Of a DNA stretch of 64,000 bases, positions 57,786 to 64,000 are shown piece by piece. The notes beneath the pieces are model-generated. The model was not told where the DNA came from, searched no databases, and saw only the letters and a program-made list of their open reading frames with translations. How positions within the stretch are numbered: position 1 is the stretch's first letter; every line of letters starts with the position of its first letter. Source of the stretch: Psammoneis japonica (taxonomy: Eukaryota); the NCBI GenBank assembly GCA_008632985.1, contig QPGO01000110.1, forward strand, positions 62,001 to 126,000. Direction: 5' to 3'. The translations under genes and the position numbers were made by a program.

Positions 57786-60700
57786 GGTGGCAAAATCAAA
57801 GACCAAGACAAGGCGATCATCTTCATTGGAGGGATGGGAAGATGGCATGATCAGAAAAGTGGTTGCGCATGCCATTGGCAAAGGCATCATCCCATGCATG
57901 TGCCGTGCCAGCCTTGGGTGCAACAAGAAGGAGGTTTTGTTTGCAGCGGGTGAGAATGCCGAAGCACCTCTGTCCAAAAGGCAAAGGGCAAACGCGGCCT
58001 TGTTGTTAAGATCCAGATGAAAATCTGCAGGAGGAGTTTCTCCTGACAAGACAAAGACCTTGACACAAGCTCAAGGACCCACATCCATTTCAAGATCAGG
58101 CCAGGTGTCCTGCACACGACCACGAATCTTGGAGAGAACCTCGGCATCGACATCATCAGTTTTCATGGCGCAATCTGATGAACCAACTGGGCCATTGCAC
58201 ACTTTGTCCTTGGAGATTTTGAAGCACACTTCACCTTCAATGGGGTGGCTCTTGATGTGCTCATCTTCCATCTTGCACCAGGTGCCAAAAGCCCCGCGCT
58301 CGAAACTGCACTTGTGCACAATTTGGTGAAGCGCTGCAAGCTTGTTGCCCCATCAAGAAAGCCATCAAAAGACCAGATGCCCGGGTTGGAAGCAATGAGC
58401 TTTCCTCCAACTGGCTTGGTCCATGGCTTGTCAAAATCCATCTCATCAGCAACAACAGCTGGAGCATCCTTGGCATTGCCTTGCAGCTCCTTGCCGTTGA
58501 AGCACTCATTTTGCAACTCTGAGGCTTCCTCCAACTGGCTTGGTCCATGGCTTGTCAAAATCCATCTCATCAGCAACAACAGCTGGAGCATCCTTGACAT
58601 TGCCTTGCAGCTCCTTGCTGTTGAAGCACTTGTTTTGTAACTCTGAGGCTGCAATGCACAACGCAGATGTTGTCATGGCATCACCATCAACACAACATCC
58701 AACTTTGTTGAGAGAATGACAGTTGACTTTGGTGCAAAAATGAGCTCCAATGATGACAAAGCCAGGTTCCATCCATCCACTTGTCTGACAATTTTGCGTG
58801 TGAGTGCACAAACTGCTCTGACTGACAGGCAGGGCCAACAAAACACACACTGGAGCTTGTGCATGGAATCCTGCAACTGCACAGCTCCATTTCTGTGACA
58901 AGCAGAAATGACCTGTTCCAGCTCCAAGTGTTGCTCAGAGGTGTGCAATCCACCGATGGCACATTTTTGTGTTTGGTGCAATGGGTTCCTTTGACTTTGA
59001 TCATTTCAAAAATCAAAGGGCACAATGCTTGTGTTTTTTGTGTGCACTCACCTTTTGATTTTTGAAATGATCAAAATTGAAGGAGCTGCTCATGATCACT
59101 CATTTTTTCACTTTTTTGCTGCAACTCAACTGACATCCAAACACGCCCTGTTTCTCCAGACACCAGACATTTAATTTCACACTGAGTGCACCAAAAAGAC
59201 ATGTCCTCTTGACTTTTCATCTGTCTCATCCACCAGCCCCCTCATTGCCCATTTTTCACTCAAATCTCCAATGCATCATTGTGAAGAAGAGGAAGGAAGC
59301 TGAAGTTGGCCATCAACACAAGTCAGCAACTGGCAGCACCAAAAACAAATGATCCAATTGCAAAATTCCAAGACAATCTGTCCCCTCCCAAATTGATGCC
59401 AAAGGAGCAACAGCCACTCCCTCCAACCTCACCTGTGACAATTCCACCATCACTCCCTCCACACTTCTCTTGCCCACCAAACTTCTGTCAACCTGAGCCC
59501 CTCCACAGAATTCCTGGCTCATCATGAAAGGTTGTCCTTTCCAAGACAACACATCCCCTCCCAATTCCATGCAGCCACTCCCTCCAACCTCACCTCTGAC
59601 AATGCTGCTGTCACTCCCTCCATTGTGCCCACCAACCAAATTTGCCCCACTTCAATCCTCATGCCTTTGGTGCAGCCCACAAAGATCCCCAACAAGCACT
59701 TTGTTGTTCAGAGATCAAAGCAAAACAAGGAGTCTTGTCTTGCACTGCCGCTCAAGAGCAATGAGGGGCTGCCTTCATGTGCACTTTGCATCTTGTTTCT
59801 CACAATGTGGAGCAGTGAAAAACAGACCAAAATCAGATCAGAATCTCTAAAAAGGAGCCCATCTTCAATTGACATAAAATGCAAGAGTCTCCAGTGCTGC
59901 ATGTTTTCTGGCACAGCTGGCAACAGATTTTTGGTGCTGTGCTGCCAAAGGAAACACGGGATGCAAAAATTTTGGCCACATTCTTTCATGGCTGGTGGCA
60001 GAGTTGCAGAGTGTCTCTCTGCCAAGACCCGCAATGTTTTGACCATTCCTTGGTTGACTGGCAACAGACTTGCAGCATTCATGCCAAGACCCACAAGTGT
60101 TTGGTTGACAGCATTCCAGGATGACTGGTTGCACAGAGACAGAGTGTTGCAGTGTGACTGCCAAGAGAAAGCAGGAAAACAGCCACCAGCATGGTGTTCC
60201 TGAGCGCAGCTCAATTGGGTGGGAAGGTCTGCCATTGTCAAACAAGCCTTGTCCTGCCTGACAACTGCATGCTTTGTTGCAACAATGGCCATCTGTGCTT
60301 TCCACACCTGGTTCCAAAGACCCTGTTTGCTGTCATCATGTGATGACAGACAGCTGCTGGAGACATTGTCTCTGAGTCCAAATAAAAAAAAGACTGGCCG
60401 CTGTGCACAGTGGGACTGTTGCTTGCTTTGGCCAACATTGCTCTGTTGCTGTGACTTGGGAAGCTGATTGTGGACCCAGCAACAGACCCAGCAGCTCTCA
60501 AATCAGCTGCATCATGTTGAGCTCTCATGAAAGCAGGTGGTGTCATCAAAACAGAGACACCCAGCCAGGCACTTTTGGTTTGTGACTTGCAGCGTGCATG
60601 GAGTTTGGAGTTTGGGGTGTGCTTGGAAGCTGAGGCTGCAAAACATTTGTCAGAGTGGCTTGCTTTGCTGCTTCACACATTGTCACACCATGTGTTTTGG

Positions 60701-63400
60701 CCCACTGGCTGGCTGCTGCACTCACAAAGGTTGAGCTGTGCTGCCACAACAGTGGTCAAGAAGCAACCCTGTCAAGATGTGCTCAACGCTTTTGACTCAT
60801 GCCTTGGGGCATCATGCAGAGTGTGCTTGGAAGTTGAGGCTGCAGTGAATTTGCTCAAAATGACTTGTTGATGTTCCACTGGCGCTTGACACTTGGTCAC
60901 CATCAGGAGGCCCAGCGTGGTGCCCACATGGCAGCTGCGCCAAGCAACCCCTGGTTGAGCTGTGCCCAGCATGTGACTTGCTTGTGAGTTTGGGTGTGAA
61001 ATGTGCTTGGAAGCCAAGACTGTAAAAGGTTTGTCTAAAGTGGCTTGTTTCACTGCTTGACACTTGGTCACCTGGTCTTGCGTGTGCACACACACACCAG
61101 TGGCTGATGATGCACTGCTCTGTCACAATGGTGGCCAGGCAACCAGTTCTCAAGCTGTGTGGTCCAACAGTTTTTACTTGCAACTTGGGGCATGTGGAGT
61201 GTGCTGAGGAGCTGAGGCTGCAAGTGATTTGTCAGACATGGCTTGTTTTGCTGCTTGGGGCTACAAAAAACTTGTCAGAGGTGGCTTGTTGAGCTTCCGC
61301 TGCTTCTCACACATCTGGTGGCACCAGGTGTTTCTGCACATTGCTGCACTCACCACCAACAATGATGAGCTGCTGCCACAACAGCAGTCAAGCAACCCAG
61401 CTGAGCCATGCCCCAGCACTTTTTGCTTGTGACTTAAGATGTGAGAAGCTTGCTCAGAAGTTGAAACAGCAAACAATTTGTCAGAAGTGGCTTTTGTTCT
61501 GTTGCTTGACACCTGGCGCCACCAGGTTTTTCTGCACACAGTGGCTGCACTGTCACTGCAAGAGCTGTCAAGCAACCCAGCTGAGCTGTGCCCATCACTT
61601 TTCTTGTACTTTGGGACATGTGTGGAGTGTGCTTTTGAAGGCAGAGACTGAAAAAAGTGGCTTGTTTTGCCTCTTGACACTTGGTCACCAGGTTTTTCTG
61701 CACAATCAGTGGCTGCGTTGCCACCACAACAGCCCTCAACCAACCCAGCTGAGCTGCACCCAACACTTTTTCAATTGTGACTTTTGCAACATGTGGAGTG
61801 TGCTTGGAAGCTGAGGCTGCAAAAAATGTCAGAAGTGACTTGCTTGCTGTGCTTGACACTTGGTCACCAGGTGTTTTTTTGTGCAGACAGCACAAAATGG
61901 CGGCTGCACTGCCGCCACAATGGCAGCCAAGCAACACAGCTGTGCCCAGCACTGGTTGCTTGTGACTCAGGGTGTGTTGAGCATGCTCAAAAGCTGAAGC
62001 CATGAGCAGTTTGCTGTGAGAGGTTTTTGTTTGCTGCTTGACATTTGGCACCACAGGGTGTTTCTGCACACACAGTGGCAAGAAGGCGCTGTCACCACAC
62101 TTGGCAAAAAGTGACCCGGCTGAGCCAATGTGTTCAACACTTTCAACTTGAGTTTTTAAAATTTAAGTGTTCAAAGCCTGCCTGAAAATCCAAGGAAAAA
62201 CAGCAAGTCAGAAGTGACCACTTTGGCTTCATGGTGCTTTGTTGCCAGGGTGTGTGTGCCCTGCTTGCAACTCACCTTTGAGACCCAGAATTCTTGACAA
62301 AGCAACGCAGACCCAAGTCAGTGGTGCACTGACTGCAGATGTTGGCAGTGGCCACCCATTGCACCAAATTCCCACTCCTTGCTGTTGCTGCCTTTGTCAC
62401 CCCCCACAGGGACAACTGCCCCTCCACACTTCTGGAGCTTCTTTGCAAAATCTGTGCAATGAGCTTGAGTGTGATCGTTCACTGCCTTGGAGCGCCACCG
62501 GCAGCACTGCATCTTTGTCCTCAAGCAGCATGTTTTCTCTCATCAAAGCCAGCTTTCCCATTGAGCAGACTCTTTCTGTGTGACTCTCAGCATTGGTGGC
62601 ACCAATCTGAGCTAGAGAGCAGCTTGCCATGAGAGGCAAGAACATCCAAGCTGCTTGCGCTTCTTCTCTGATGACTCCAGCTTCTTGCACAAGACACACA
62701 CGTCCAGCTTCAGCAAGTCTCCAATGTCTGAGATTAGATTTCTCCAATGGCACCTTCTCACTTGGACACTCTTCATGCCACATGACCTTCAACTGAAGCC
62801 AGCTTTTGTGACAACTTTCTTGAGCTCTCACAGAGCACACAGCCTTTTCTCTTTGTTGCACTGACCACAGGAGTTTTCTCTGCTGACTGGGCACAGCTGC
62901 TGTGGTCATGTGAAGAGTTGGTGTCAGAGCCACCAAAGATGTCATGCTCTCATGTTGAGACCACCAGCACTTGCACAAGGTGCCAAAACAATGTCCTTGT
63001 TGGCTGCTGATCAGCTGCAGCCAGTCTCAAGCTCGTGCCTTTCTGCAGCCCAGCTGCTGTGTCAGCCTCTTCTTTCTTTCACTTCTCCTCTGCTTCTTTC
63101 TTTTTTCTCTCTTCCGCACATTGGTGTGAAAAGTGGTGGCATGCCAATGGTCTTCCGGCAGAGGCTGGGGCATGTTGGCAACTGCTTGCAGGCCCAGAAC
63201 ACAAGACATGATGGCATGGCCACCGCCACAACTGGCCATCAAACTTGATTCTTCTCCCTTGTTTTGACTCAAAAACTTCTTTTGAAATTGTCATGTTCAT
63301 CAAGCTTTGAAAGACTGCCATCCATTGGATCTTGTGGTGTGCATCACTTCACTGTAAAAGACGGCAAAAGACCGCCATGGAGCAGAAATTCGCCTTCCTC
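57786..63400. other. TpA/CpG-depleted domain: decayed gene-like sequence and degenerate tandem repeats
   Basis: About 15 TpA in ~5.5 kb by manual count; 124-bp tandem duplication at 58402-58650; ~170-195 bp repeats at ~60550-62150. Confidence 0.8.
60550..62150. repeat. Degenerate tandem array, unit ~170-195 bp
   Basis: Recurring CACCAGGT(G/T)TTTCTGCACA, CAACCCAGCTGAGC and GTGCTTGGAAGCTGAGGCTGCA. Confidence 0.75.
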
Positions 63401-64000
63401 GCGAGGCACGTGCGCATGCATGATCTTGCACAGGCTCAGATATTGTGGATGGTGTGTGTGTCATCATGCCAGTGAAAATGTCTCAGTAACCTTTGACGAT
63501 TTAAGCCCCGATGTCTTTTACATTGTACGGCATGCGTTGCGATTTGTCCCCATTTTTGTTTTCAGACACGACAAGACGATGAAATGTGTTGTCGAATTTC
63601 TTCTCTACTGGCTCTTGTACTTATCATTTTGATTGAGCATGCTCGATCTATTGTCCTTCATAGTTTTACAGGCATCATTAGGGACAGGAAGGATGACGCT
63701 GAAGAGTACAGAACAAACGCGGGCACAAGTTCAAAGGGTCAGGTGGAACTCGAGAGCAAACACTTGGAGTTGTGTCGAAAGGCAAGCCATGGTCAACTAC
63801 AAGACCCTCGGTATCTATATATTGGTTTGCGGTTCACAGCAGTCGCCATACCGCGAAATGCGAAGATAACTGCCGCGAAAATCATGTTCTACGTCGACAG
63901 AGAAGCCAACCTAGAGAGTGCAAATGAGTTTGGTCACAATAGAAATGTGAGCATTACGATTACAGGAGAATACGTGGGGGACGCACCACCCTTCAGCGCG

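Noticed and set aside
60550..62150. Repeat arrays (also 18471-18912 and 29800-31220) as CRISPR-like arrays
   Set aside because: Whole units are degenerate copies with no constant-repeat/unique-spacer structure; eukaryotic context and no cas genes.

Overview
Eukaryotic nuclear DNA, most likely from a pennate diatom (compact genes with short GT-AG introns, diatom-type Ty1/copia elements). Islands of ordinary genes alternate with four sharply bounded domains (~5150-15740, ~17000-19010, ~26730-34080, ~50400-63400). The genes include an EF-hand protein, MAPEG, a sulfotransferase, an SDR, a class-A/opsin-like GPCR, a WW protein, SCO1, a TPT-family transporter, a ZRANB3-like helicase and an alpha/beta-hydrolase. 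The domains hold two complete LTR/Copia elements (8235-15320 with TSD TGCGT; 50677-57785 with TSD GGTGG), a non-LTR remnant, degenerate tandem repeats and decayed gene copies. The main observation is that these domains have almost lost the dinucleotide TpA. LTR-pair comparisons, a mutated primer-binding site and systematic Tyr->Cys/His replacement at conserved residues all point to TpA->TpG / TpA->CpA change, i.e. A->G on both strands with an apparent TAY preference, acting after integration. This looks like a RIP-like, adenine-directed hypermutation of repeats, opposite in chemistry to fungal C->T RIP. I see no candidate enzyme in this window, and a base-calling artefact on modified DNA must be excluded. 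Many host genes carry single-base frameshifts that are probably assembly errors. All counts are manual and approximate.
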